25,826 bases of DNA, from IMG/VR virus record IMGVR_UViG_3300017777_007595, positions 1 through 25,826 of that record; one strand, written 5' to 3'. The translations under genes were made by a program, and so were the position numbers. Below are positions 18,460-25,616 of this stretch, in pieces. Under the pieces are notes generated by a model that worked only from the letters and a program-made list of their open reading frames with translations, had not been told where the DNA came from and searched no databases. The stretch is from a virus (taxonomy: Duplodnaviria; Caudoviricetes). Within the stretch, counting starts at the first letter, position 1; every line of letters starts with the position of its first letter.

Positions 18460-19215
18460 TTAAGCGTATTGTTCAGCTAGCTTCCATAATTGTTGATTCA
18501 ATTCAACATGCAAACCAGGTGATAAATTACTCATTACGTTTTCTTGAACACGATTAAATACATTCCAAAGTACAGAACCTTCATCTTCAATACGGCGAGG
18601 AACTAACAATTCAACAGCACTAACTTTAGATAATTTTGAAATATCTTTTGCTTTAGTTGCTAGATTGAATTTTTGAGTTTCGTTAAGCTCTATTTCTTTC
18701 ATTTGATTAACAGGTAATAAAATTTTACCGAAATCAGTATTAACTTCTTCAAATGCTCTTTCAAAATTTCTTAATCTAAGATCTGAATTATTTCCTCTGA
18801 TATTGTAACTTTGTTGTTGATCTTGGGCTCTTACTAATCCATTAGAGCAAACTTGACGAAACAAATATCCTGAATCTAGAGTAGAATAATCTTGAACAGG
18901 ATTAACTCGCATTAATACTTCAGGATACAGATCTTCATTTGAAGAAAGTTGCATATTTTCATTACGAAACTTAATAAAGGCTTTACTATATCCTTGCCTT
19001 TTAAATTGTTTACTAGGTTTTTCAACAGCATATACTGGTTTCCAACCTTTTTCACTAGCCATATCAATTACTTCTGAAAAATCTAACATTTTACCTTTAG
19101 TAATTTCAGAAAAAAATGAAGGAGCTAGTTGACGTAATGAATACGTGTCTAGTACTGGGAATTTACCGATAGTTTCATTAGCTAGAAAATCGGGTTCAAC
19201 AAGGTTTAGTTTCAT
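18460..19215 (-). CDS. DUF932 (DUF945-like) family protein
   Basis: LFRQVCSNGLV and LLVPRRIEDEGSVLWNVFNRVQENV signatures. Confidence 0.85.
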   Translation of the reverse strand: MKLNLVEPDFLANETIGKFPVLDTYSLRQLAPSFFSEITKGKMLDFSEVIDMASEKGWKPVYAVEKPSKQFKRQGYSKAFIKFRNENMQLSSNEDLYPEVLMRVNPVQDYSTLDSGYLFRQVCSNGLVRAQDQQQSYNIRGNNSDLRLRNFERAFEEVNTDFGKILLPVNQMKEIELNETQKFNLATKAKDISKLSKVSAVELLVPRRIEDEGSVLWNVFNRVQENVMSNLSPGLHVELNQQLWKLAEQYA

Positions 19216-19235
19216 ATGGTTTGGGTTTTTAAATG

Positions 19236-19296
19236 TGTCATAAAGATACGAACGGAATTTTCAAAATCCAAGTTTTAATATGACTTTGAGATGACT
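19236..19296 (-). promoter_or_regulatory. GTCAT-repeat promoter, copy 1 (class A)
   Basis: GTCAT-N6-GTCAT-N8-TTG-N20-TATCTTTA-TGACA. Confidence 0.8.
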
Positions 19297-19311
19297 TTTT
19301 TAATAAATATT

Positions 19312-19533
19312 TTAATTCCAAAAATAATTTTCAGAGTAACCTTTAATGAATCTATTAGCTACCCAATAACTAACATTACCTCCTGCTTCAGTTAAATTTT
19401 TAAATAAAACATCAGCTTCAGGCATTTCTTCAATATCAAATTCAAATTTTTGCAAAACATCGAATCCAATTTCAGAAGCCATTTCTTGATCTTTAAAAGA
19501 ATAGCAAATCATAATTTTTGGTGTAGATTTCAT
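19312..19533 (-). CDS. Hypothetical protein
   Basis: 73-aa acidic ORF directly behind promoter copy 2. Confidence 0.75.
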   Translation of the reverse strand: MKSTPKIMICYSFKDQEMASEIGFDVLQKFEFDIEEMPEADVLFKNLTEAGGNVSYWVANRFIKGYSENYFWN

Positions 19534-19556
19534 GGTTGCGGGGTTTAAATTTGTTA

Positions 19557-19604
19557 TAAATATACGAATGAAAATTTACAAATCAAAATGACGAAACTAT
19601 GACG
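19557..19604 (-). promoter_or_regulatory. GTCAT-repeat promoter, copy 2 (class B)
   Basis: GTCAT-N6-GTCAT-T-TTG-N19-TATATTTA. Confidence 0.8.
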
Positions 19605-19606
19605 TT

Positions 19607-19912
19607 TTATCTATTACTGTAAATAGTTTTTCTTGAGGGTCTAGGATCTATGTTATGTAAATAAATAAAACCAGGAGTATTCTCTTTATAAACTATATTA
19701 CTTTCAAAATAATAAACCGGTCCTGAATAATCCTCATAATAAGGAGTATTGGTTTCATCAAATTGGAGAATCCTTCGTTCACCCTTATAGCTTCTAAATT
19801 CTCTAGGGGTTACTCTATACCATTGTCCTGTATTATAGTGTTTTATTTCTAAACACCTTTGAGTAGGAAACGGATATACTAATTTTGCTGGTTTACCTTT
19901 TTTTTCTGACAT
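19607..19912 (-). CDS. Hypothetical phage protein
   Basis: 101 aa; WYRVTPREFRSY.GERRI motif; overlaps the upstream gene end. Confidence 0.75.
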   Translation of the reverse strand: MSEKKGKPAKLVYPFPTQRCLEIKHYNTGQWYRVTPREFRSYKGERRILQFDETNTPYYEDYSGPVYYFESNIVYKENTPGFIYLHNIDPRPSRKTIYSNR

Positions 19913-20126
19913 GCTCGTAGATTAGTTCTTTACCCCTACACATTCTGCATAGGGTTTCAAATTTTCTGATATTGTCAAGAGGTTTGGATTGATCTATGAA
20001 GGGGGACCAATCAGGTAATCCCATAACTAGCCCCCTAAAGAAATGTCCATCCTCATTCATAACGATAAATTCATCCTGAATTATATCGTCAGCTCTTAAT
20101 TGAGCGATAATTTTAGATTTTCTCAT
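19893..20126 (-). CDS. Hypothetical protein
   Basis: Start moved to ATG 20126 (MRKSKII) to minimise overlap with the upstream gene. Confidence 0.65.
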   Translation of the reverse strand: MRKSKIIAQLRADDIIQDEFIVMNEDGHFFRGLVMGLPDWSPFIDQSKPLDNIRKFETLCRMCRGKELIYEHVRKKR

Positions 20127-20358
20127 CAATCTCAGGTAAAAATCCACTATTTTCAAGAGCCATCCACAAACGTTCTTTCCAGGTTTCATTTTTTACACCT
20201 TCAATTAGGTCTTTATCAGTAGCACCATTAAGAGTAGCCTGACCTACTAAAACTAGAGCTTTTTCAATACTTTCTTGGAACGTAACCATGTCTCCATTTT
20301 TAAAGGATTCTTTTGATTGGTTCCAAAGAGCGGTGATTGGGGAATTTGATTTTTTCAT
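20113..20358 (-). CDS. Hypothetical protein
   Basis: 81-aa ORF directly behind promoter copy 3. Confidence 0.75.
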   Translation of the reverse strand: MKKSNSPITALWNQSKESFKNGDMVTFQESIEKALVLVGQATLNGATDKDLIEGVKNETWKERLWMALENSGFLPEIDEKI

Positions 20359-20381
20359 GGCGTTATGTTTTTATGTTTATG

Positions 20382-20429
20382 TAAATATACGAATAAAATT
20401 TCGGGTTTCAAAATGACGAAATTATGACT
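20382..20429 (-). promoter_or_regulatory. GTCAT-repeat promoter, copy 3 (class B)
   Basis: GTCAT-N6-GTCAT-T-TTG-N19-TATATTTA. Confidence 0.8.
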
Positions 20430-20805
20430 TTTTGATAATCTGATCAATATAAGACTGACTGATATCAAGTTCAGGCTTTAAACAACATACTCGATATGTT
20501 TCTCCTGGGTTTAATCCTACTTTAATTAGAGCTTTAATTTTATCGGATTTCCATTTGAAAAAATCCTCAGTAAAAACTACTCCATAAATGTATTTACAAT
20601 CTTCATCGGAGCGTTCAGTAATACCTTTAATTATATCAACTTCATTTTGTTCGTTTTCTTTAAATAAATTACGAATTTTATCTCTAACTTCTTCTAACTG
20701 AATACGTTTTTCTAAAATTACTTTTTCCTTGTTAGGATAGTCTTTAGTTGATTGAATTTTACAAATTTCAACAACTAGGCTGTTTAGTTCTGATTGGTAG
20801 ATCAT
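20422..20805 (-). CDS. Hypothetical protein
   Basis: Start moved to ATG 20805 (MIYQSEL) because the track start at 20838 lies inside promoter copy 4. Confidence 0.7.
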   Translation of the reverse strand: MIYQSELNSLVVEICKIQSTKDYPNKEKVILEKRIQLEEVRDKIRNLFKENEQNEVDIIKGITERSDEDCKYIYGVVFTEDFFKWKSDKIKALIKVGLNPGETYRVCCLKPELDISQSYIDQIIKKS

Positions 20806-20822
20806 AGGTGCGTTTTTAATTG

Positions 20823-20884
20823 TGACATAAAGATACAAAAGGCCTCTTGCGAGGCCTCTGTTTTTATATGACTTTAATATGACC
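20823..20884 (-). promoter_or_regulatory. GTCAT-repeat promoter, copy 4 (class A, -33 TTG degenerate) with embedded GCAA hairpin
   Basis: GTCAT-N6-GTCAT-ATAAAAAC-AGAGGCCTCGCAAGAGGCCTTTTG-TATCTTTA-TGTCA. Confidence 0.75.
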
Positions 20885-20887
20885 CTT

Positions 20888-21073
20888 TTAATCCATAACC
20901 CCCATTAAAATCCCAATAGACAACCCTATGTAGAATATAAATAAAGACGGAATCCAAGATACAAAAAATAGTAACATATACCAAAAATTCCAAGTTGCAA
21001 AACTAATTATGGCTGGAAAAAATAAAGTAACTATAATTAGTAAAAAATATATTAGTAAATATAACTTTTTCAT
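20888..21073 (-). CDS. Small membrane protein (2 TM)
   Basis: 61 aa, almost wholly hydrophobic after MKK. Confidence 0.7.
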   Translation of the reverse strand: MKKLYLLIYFLLIIVTLFFPAIISFATWNFWYMLLFFVSWIPSLFIFYIGLSIGILMGVMD

Positions 21074-21082
21074 AATAACTTA

Positions 21083-21199
21083 TTATTTTTTAGTGGGTTT
21101 ATTAGTTGTTTTTTTAGTTTGAGTTTTTTTAGTTGGTTTGAGTTTAGCTTTAGGAGTTTCATTTTTCCAAAATCCAAGACGTTCAATGTCATTATTCAT
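21083..21199 (-). CDS. Small Lys/Thr-rich basic peptide (38 aa); not in the ORF track
   Basis: MNNDIERLGFWKNETPKAKLKPTKKTQTKKTTNKPTKK*; starts 2 nt after the upstream stop and fills the gap. Confidence 0.55.
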   Translation of the reverse strand: MNNDIERLGFWKNETPKAKLKPTKKTQTKKTTNKPTKK

Positions 21200-21201
21200 T
21201 T

Positions 21202-22194
21202 TTATTGGCGTTTTACAAGTTTTCCATCAATTGCATAATAAAAAGTAGCTGGTCTGTATTTAGGGAAATCTCTATAATTAGGAGTTATTCCTAATGCATC
21301 ATTAACTGTAATTTGAGTTTCAAATATTTTTGAACATTCTCCAAATTCAATAATAGCTTTTAATGTATATATTCCTGCTTGAGAATAGTAATGGACTGGA
21401 TTAATATCGTTTTGAGCAAAATTACCATCTCCAAAATCCCACTCAATATAATCATATGCTGAATAAATATTTAGAACTGGGGTAACATATGAATCTCCTA
21501 AATATATTGTAGTATAAGGAATATTTAAAACAGCATCTATAACAGTATTTTCAACTAAAAACGAAACAGTTTCAGGGATACTATCATAAACAGATAGTGT
21601 ATAATTACCACTAGATAAATTATAAACAGTATCAGTATATGTAGGAAGATATAGAGTTTGTCCTGAACTATTAGTTAGATAATATGGTGTTGAAGGTTCA
21701 TCATTATCAATTACAACATACCCTTCATCACACCCATTTACTGTTTCTATTTGAATTGGCCTTTCAAATAAAAGTGAAAATCTGTTTGAAACAGGACCTT
21801 GAAATGTATAAGGAAGAGTATGATAACCAGGTACTATATTATCTAATAAAATAAATGGTAATGTATCTCCTATAATCAAATCTACACCTATTACAAAAGT
21901 ACCTGTATCAGGAAAAGCAGAAGTACCTAATGGAATTAATTTATCTTCCGTTAGGTACCCAAATGCATTAATTGAATATTCAGCAGTGCCTATATATGTC
22001 CAAACTCCTTCATCAGATCCTACAAGGCGAGGAGCATCACAACAATTATCTGCTTGATCAGTGGTCGAATCAGTAAATACAATAATAGTTTGTTTAGAAA
22101 ATTGATTTGGTTTTGAAAAAAATAATCTAATACCACCTTGACTGTAACATGCGGTACTAATTAAAAGCACCAGCACACTTAAAAAATGTTTCAT
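21202..22194 (-). CDS. Secreted PKD-domain protein with a truncated T9SS-CTD-like tail
   Basis: Signal peptide MKHFLSVLVLLISTACYS-Q; PKD signature IEWDFGDG...NPVHYYSQAGIYTLK; C-terminal YYAIDGKLVK. Confidence 0.85.
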   Translation of the reverse strand: MKHFLSVLVLLISTACYSQGGIRLFFSKPNQFSKQTIIVFTDSTTDQADNCCDAPRLVGSDEGVWTYIGTAEYSINAFGYLTEDKLIPLGTSAFPDTGTFVIGVDLIIGDTLPFILLDNIVPGYHTLPYTFQGPVSNRFSLLFERPIQIETVNGCDEGYVVIDNDEPSTPYYLTNSSGQTLYLPTYTDTVYNLSSGNYTLSVYDSIPETVSFLVENTVIDAVLNIPYTTIYLGDSYVTPVLNIYSAYDYIEWDFGDGNFAQNDINPVHYYSQAGIYTLKAIIEFGECSKIFETQITVNDALGITPNYRDFPKYRPATFYYAIDGKLVKRQ

Positions 22195-22457
22195 TTATTC
22201 AATTCTTTGTTAGTAAACGTTTGTTTAGTTGTATAAAGTAATTTAACATTAGAAACCTGTTTAACATCAATATTATGATATTTAATAAACCATTCCATTT
22301 TATATTCATCCCAAGTAAACTTGTTCCAATATTTATGGGTCAAAGTATCTTTAGAGCCGTCTGTTTTCTCTACCAAAACATAATCAACATATAAAATGTT
22401 TTTTGTTTTACAGCTGAATAAAACCAACAAAATTGCGAAAAATAGGATCCTTACCAT
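22191..22457 (-). CDS. Putative lipoprotein
   Basis: MVRILFFAILLVLFS-C lipobox followed by KTK; ATATTTAT 7 nt upstream. Confidence 0.75.
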   Translation of the reverse strand: MVRILFFAILLVLFSCKTKNILYVDYVLVEKTDGSKDTLTHKYWNKFTWDEYKMEWFIKYHNIDVKQVSNVKLLYTTKQTFTNKELNK

Positions 22458-22492
22458 ATCGTTTATAAATATGATAAAGATCCTTTTTAAAA

Positions 22493-22759
22493 CTATTTAA
22501 TTTTAAAAACAGCCCCTGATTGGTCAAGAGATATTGACTCTACAATCATGTCTTTTTTAGTTTCAAAATAATGTTTAAGATTTCCTCCAATTGAAATGTA
22601 TGGGCCTCCTGAGGGATCTACCATAGTATAAACATTGGGATTATCTTCCCATCCCCATCTACACCATTCAGATTTAAATCCTGACATTTTAACAGTGTTA
22701 TCATCTACTTTTTCAAAAACGATGTTATCACCATAACGATTTTGGTATGTTACTTTCAT
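22493..22759 (-). CDS. Hypothetical phage protein
   Basis: 88 aa; NRYGD...MVDPSGGPYISIG motif; 1-nt overlap with the upstream stop. Confidence 0.8.
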   Translation of the reverse strand: MKVTYQNRYGDNIVFEKVDDNTVKMSGFKSEWCRWGWEDNPNVYTMVDPSGGPYISIGGNLKHYFETKKDMIVESISLDQSGAVFKIK

Positions 22760-23055
22760 TAGTCTAGATATTTAATATATTCGTAATGAGCCTGTGATAA
22801 TAGAGTTATTTTTCTTTCAATTTCATTATTAATTATTCTTGAAAGTCTAGGTCCTAAAATCCCATGTAAATTATTATAGAATCGACCCTCACTAAATTTG
22901 AGTTTGATTTGGGAGTATTCAAAACCAGGTATTTGAGTTAGTTCTTGAAAAATTTCATCAAGATAATTAGTAATACTTGGAATTTCAATATCCAAACCAT
23001 AATGCCCCTCTCCTAAAAAAGAAGCATACTTTTCATTAAATTGATTTGAGTTCAT
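22759..23055 (-). CDS. Hypothetical phage protein
   Basis: 98 aa; QIKLKFSEGRFY resembles the QxKEKFGxLRFY motif seen in phage hypotheticals. Confidence 0.75.
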   Translation of the reverse strand: MNSNQFNEKYASFLGEGHYGLDIEIPSITNYLDEIFQELTQIPGFEYSQIKLKFSEGRFYNNLHGILGPRLSRIINNEIERKITLLSQAHYEYIKYLD

Positions 23056-23076
23056 AACTATTTGTTTAAAAATTAG

Positions 23077-23148
23077 TAGTCGGTACGGGATTCGAACCCG
23101 TGTGACAAGAATGAAAATCTTGTATCCTAACCCCTAGATGAACCGACC
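23077..23148 (-). tRNA. trnE: tRNA-Glu(UUC)
   Basis: Acceptor GGTCGGT/ACCGACT (G1-U72), anticodon arm CAAGA-TTTTCAT-TCTTG, T-arm ACGGG-TTCGAAT-CCCGT; CCA not encoded. Confidence 0.95.
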
Positions 23149-23154
23149 ATTTTA

Positions 23155-23367
23155 TTAAATGATTCCTAATTGTTTAGCTCTTCCATAACCTACCCAATCA
23201 CCAGTTTCTTCATTTAAATATTTACGCTTAGTGATAGGTAATTCTTCTTGTTCTTCTTCAAATGTTTTGTAACCTGAAGGATAATCTAATTCAACCGAAG
23301 TCATTCGATTTCCTTTATAGGTAACATTCATTTTTACCCCGTCTTCGAAATTAATGTTTTGTGTCAT
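23155..23367 (-). CDS. Hypothetical protein
   Basis: 70 aa behind promoter copy 5; ends 6 nt before tRNA-Glu. Confidence 0.75.
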   Translation of the reverse strand: MTQNINFEDGVKMNVTYKGNRMTSVELDYPSGYKTFEEEQEELPITKRKYLNEETGDWVGYGRAKQLGII

Positions 23368-23383
23368 ATGTTTTTAAATTTCT

Positions 23384-23444
23384 TGACATAAAGATACGAA
23401 TGGCCTCTTGCGAGGCCAAACTTTAATATGAATTTTATATGACG
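23384..23444 (-). promoter_or_regulatory. GTCAT-repeat promoter, copy 5 (class A) with embedded GCAA hairpin
   Basis: GTCAT-N6-TTCAT-N8-TTG-N20-TATCTTTA-TGTCA. Confidence 0.8.
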
Positions 23445-23448
23445 TTTT

Positions 23449-24225
23449 TTACCTTATATAAAGCAATCTTCCTGCCAAATCATAATGAGGGGCGACTACT
23501 TGATTTAAATAATATTTAGACATTATAATTTCGCTATATGTTCTACCGCCATTATAATCATACTCAATTATTCTTATATACACAATACCAGGATATACAG
23601 GAGTTAATTCAGATGAATATGTAGTAGCAGTTGATTTATTTCCTTGAGCTTTTACTGATGTCGCATCAACCCAATTATTTAAATCATAGTTATATTGAAT
23701 TACAAAGTTATTAGAGTTTTTTTCACTGTATGTAGTCCATAATACATGAAGATACTCATTTATTTGTTGAGCCACTACAGGTCCAAACTCTACAGCTAAA
23801 GGATTAATTTCTATAAAATAAGGACAAAAATTGTCAATGTACGATGTTTTTATTCCAAAGGATACATAATACATTTCATCAGATAAATCCACTATTTCAT
23901 TTCCAACACTCAATAAAGTACAGCTAGTATCATACACTGAAATGTTGGTTACAGTTACTCCATATCCTAAAGGAGAAGAATACCCCCAATAAATTAATCC
24001 ATTCTTACCCTTAGGATAAAAATCAAACCATAAAGTAGTATCAGATATTTCACCTGAAATACAATATCCATTGTTGTAAAGTTGAATAAAATTGGGATTT
24101 CCTATTAAAGGATAATGTTTTAATACGGGTAATGACTGTTCGCTAAAACATTGGGAATAAAGATTGGGAGACAACTCTATTGATAGTATTGCTATTAGCA
24201 ACACTACTTTAGCTAGAGTTTTCAT
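23449..24225 (-). CDS. Secreted protein with a Bacteroidota pre-CTD Ig/FN3-like domain and truncated T9SS-CTD-like tail
   Basis: Signal peptide; PLAVEF...LWTTYSEKNSNNFVIQ...GNKST..TYS...YIRIIEYDYNGGRTYSEI matches the LPVEL...L-x-W-x-TASE-x-NN...YYRLKQ-x-D-x-DG...YS domain; ends HYDLAGRLL. Confidence 0.8.
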   Translation of the reverse strand: MKTLAKVVLLIAILSIELSPNLYSQCFSEQSLPVLKHYPLIGNPNFIQLYNNGYCISGEISDTTLWFDFYPKGKNGLIYWGYSSPLGYGVTVTNISVYDTSCTLLSVGNEIVDLSDEMYYVSFGIKTSYIDNFCPYFIEINPLAVEFGPVVAQQINEYLHVLWTTYSEKNSNNFVIQYNYDLNNWVDATSVKAQGNKSTATTYSSELTPVYPGIVYIRIIEYDYNGGRTYSEIIMSKYYLNQVVAPHYDLAGRLLYIR

Positions 24226-24255
24226 AGTGTGTTTTTGTTATAAATATTGAAAAGA

Positions 24256-24468
24256 TTAAGAAATCATTTCAAAGTGCTCATTCCATGATACTAGAGGGAT
24301 AGTGAATATACTTCCTTTAGAAACAGATTTAAACACAACCATTGATTGACCTACCGAATCAAAACTTAAAGCCATAGTAACCACCCTGAATAAATCCCCA
24401 GGATATTTCTTTAATTGGTAATTAGTTTTTTTCCTTGGTACTTGTAAATTAATTCCACCAGAATTCAT
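24256..24468 (-). CDS. DUF1653-like protein
   Basis: YQLKKYPGDLFRVVTMA...MVVFKSV...FTIPLVSWNEHF resembles DUF1653 (Y-x-H-x-KG..Y-x-V...VVY...RP...F). Confidence 0.55.
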   Translation of the reverse strand: MNSGGINLQVPRKKTNYQLKKYPGDLFRVVTMALSFDSVGQSMVVFKSVSKGSIFTIPLVSWNEHFEMIS

Positions 24469-24940
24469 AGTATTTAGACATTAAATGATGATAAAGTTCC
24501 CAATCTCGTTTCTCTACTTTTGAAGCCTCTTCTTCTTTTTTATTATACAATTCCATATTATCTGAAATAGTCCAATTTTCCTTCATTTGATAAAAATCAG
24601 GATTTTCTGTTGGTTCAAACATTTTATCGAACGGATCTGATTTAATTAAATAACGAAATGTATCAAAATACCAATCATCTTGTTTCCGCTCAAGAATATT
24701 AATACAGATACGTAGAGCTTTTACAGATTTATCCCAATCAATATCAGTATGTTTTCTGTTAAGAGCCTCATACATTTGCTTGAGTTTAAATAACTGGATT
24801 TTAGTTATAGAACTATAATCCCAATTTTTATCTCTCCAAATAATAGGAAACCATTTATAAAGATTAATAACCCCTTGTTTAAAATTTTTCAAAGGAAGTT
24901 CTATATTATAAAACCACCAATAATTAGTTTTTTTCATCAT
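24449..24940 (-). CDS. Hypothetical phage protein
   Basis: NLYKWFPIIWRDKNWDY...WWN; start moved to ATG 24940/24937 to reduce overlap. Confidence 0.75.
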   Translation of the reverse strand: MMKKTNYWWFYNIELPLKNFKQGVINLYKWFPIIWRDKNWDYSSITKIQLFKLKQMYEALNRKHTDIDWDKSVKALRICINILERKQDDWYFDTFRYLIKSDPFDKMFEPTENPDFYQMKENWTISDNMELYNKKEEEASKVEKRDWELYHHLMSKYYEFWWN

Positions 24941-25268
24941 ATTCAGCGCTGAATTTTTTTCCTTCTTTAGTTGCAAAATAAACCATTTCACCATGTTCAT
25001 TTTCTACACCATCAATAAGTCCTTTTGATAGTAAAGAATTTAAATGAGTTTGAGTTATAGCTGTCGAAGTTATTTTTTCAAGTTCTTCGGCATCAAGTCT
25101 GAAATCTGTAGAATCTTCAACCCATAATTTTAGACATTTTTCACAAATCATATCTGTGAGAATATTAATAAAATCATCAGGATTAGAAAATTCATCTAGA
25201 TCATAATATTTTTTAAAAAAAGATACTATTTCTTCAGAATAATCTTGTACTTCTTGTGGATAAGTCAT
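24924..25268 (-). CDS. Hypothetical acidic protein, possible winged-helix-like C-terminus
   Basis: Start moved to ATG 25268 (MTYPQEV); LNSLLSKGLID...VYFATKEGK tail. Confidence 0.7.
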   Translation of the reverse strand: MTYPQEVQDYSEEIVSFFKKYYDLDEFSNPDDFINILTDMICEKCLKLWVEDSTDFRLDAEELEKITSTAITQTHLNSLLSKGLIDGVENEHGEMVYFATKEGKKFSAEYDEKN

Positions 25269-25278
25269 ATGTTTAGTT

Positions 25279-25446
25279 TTAGTTTTTTTCAAAAAATGAA
25301 CCAATGTGGGCTATTCCAAAATACAGAGTCACTATACCTGATGCACTAGATAAACCTCTAAAATTTAGGATACCATACATACCAATAATAATAAAAATCA
25401 CACTCATAGAAATAGTGATTGCGGGGTGGTGGATGTATTTTTTCAT
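25279..25446 (-). CDS. Small membrane protein (55 aa); not in the ORF track
   Basis: MKKYIHHPAITISMSVIFIIIGMYGILNFRGLSSASGIVTLYFGIAHIGSFFEKN*; lies directly behind promoter copy 6. Confidence 0.7.
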   Translation of the reverse strand: MKKYIHHPAITISMSVIFIIIGMYGILNFRGLSSASGIVTLYFGIAHIGSFFEKN

Positions 25447-25464
25447 GATATTTCTAATTTTTCA

Positions 25465-25525
25465 TGACATAAAGATACGAATGATTTTTTAAAAAAACAA
25501 ATTTTTAATATGACTTTTATATGAA
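25465..25525 (-). promoter_or_regulatory. GTCAT-repeat promoter, copy 6 (class A)
   Basis: TTCAT-N6-GTCAT-N9-TTG-N20-TATCTTTA-TGTCA. Confidence 0.8.
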
Positions 25526-25526
25526 T

Positions 25527-25551
25527 AAAAAAGGCACCTTAACGGTGCCTT
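25527..25551 (-). terminator. Intrinsic terminator
   Basis: AAGGCACC-GTTAA-GGTGCCTT followed by TTTT. Confidence 0.85.
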
Positions 25552-25616
25552 ATAATCTGATAGGATAGCGAGTACTACAAGATTTATAACTACAGCGGTC
25601 CTAAGCTGTATATTTT

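Noticed and set aside
25304-25492. + strand 62-aa ORF
   Set aside because: Antisense to the promoter-backed minus ORF 25279..25446 and runs through promoter copy 6.
19236-25525. Repeats as a CRISPR array or integron attC sites
   Set aside because: Copies are degenerate, irregularly spaced by whole genes and match promoter geometry; no cas or integrase gene in the window.
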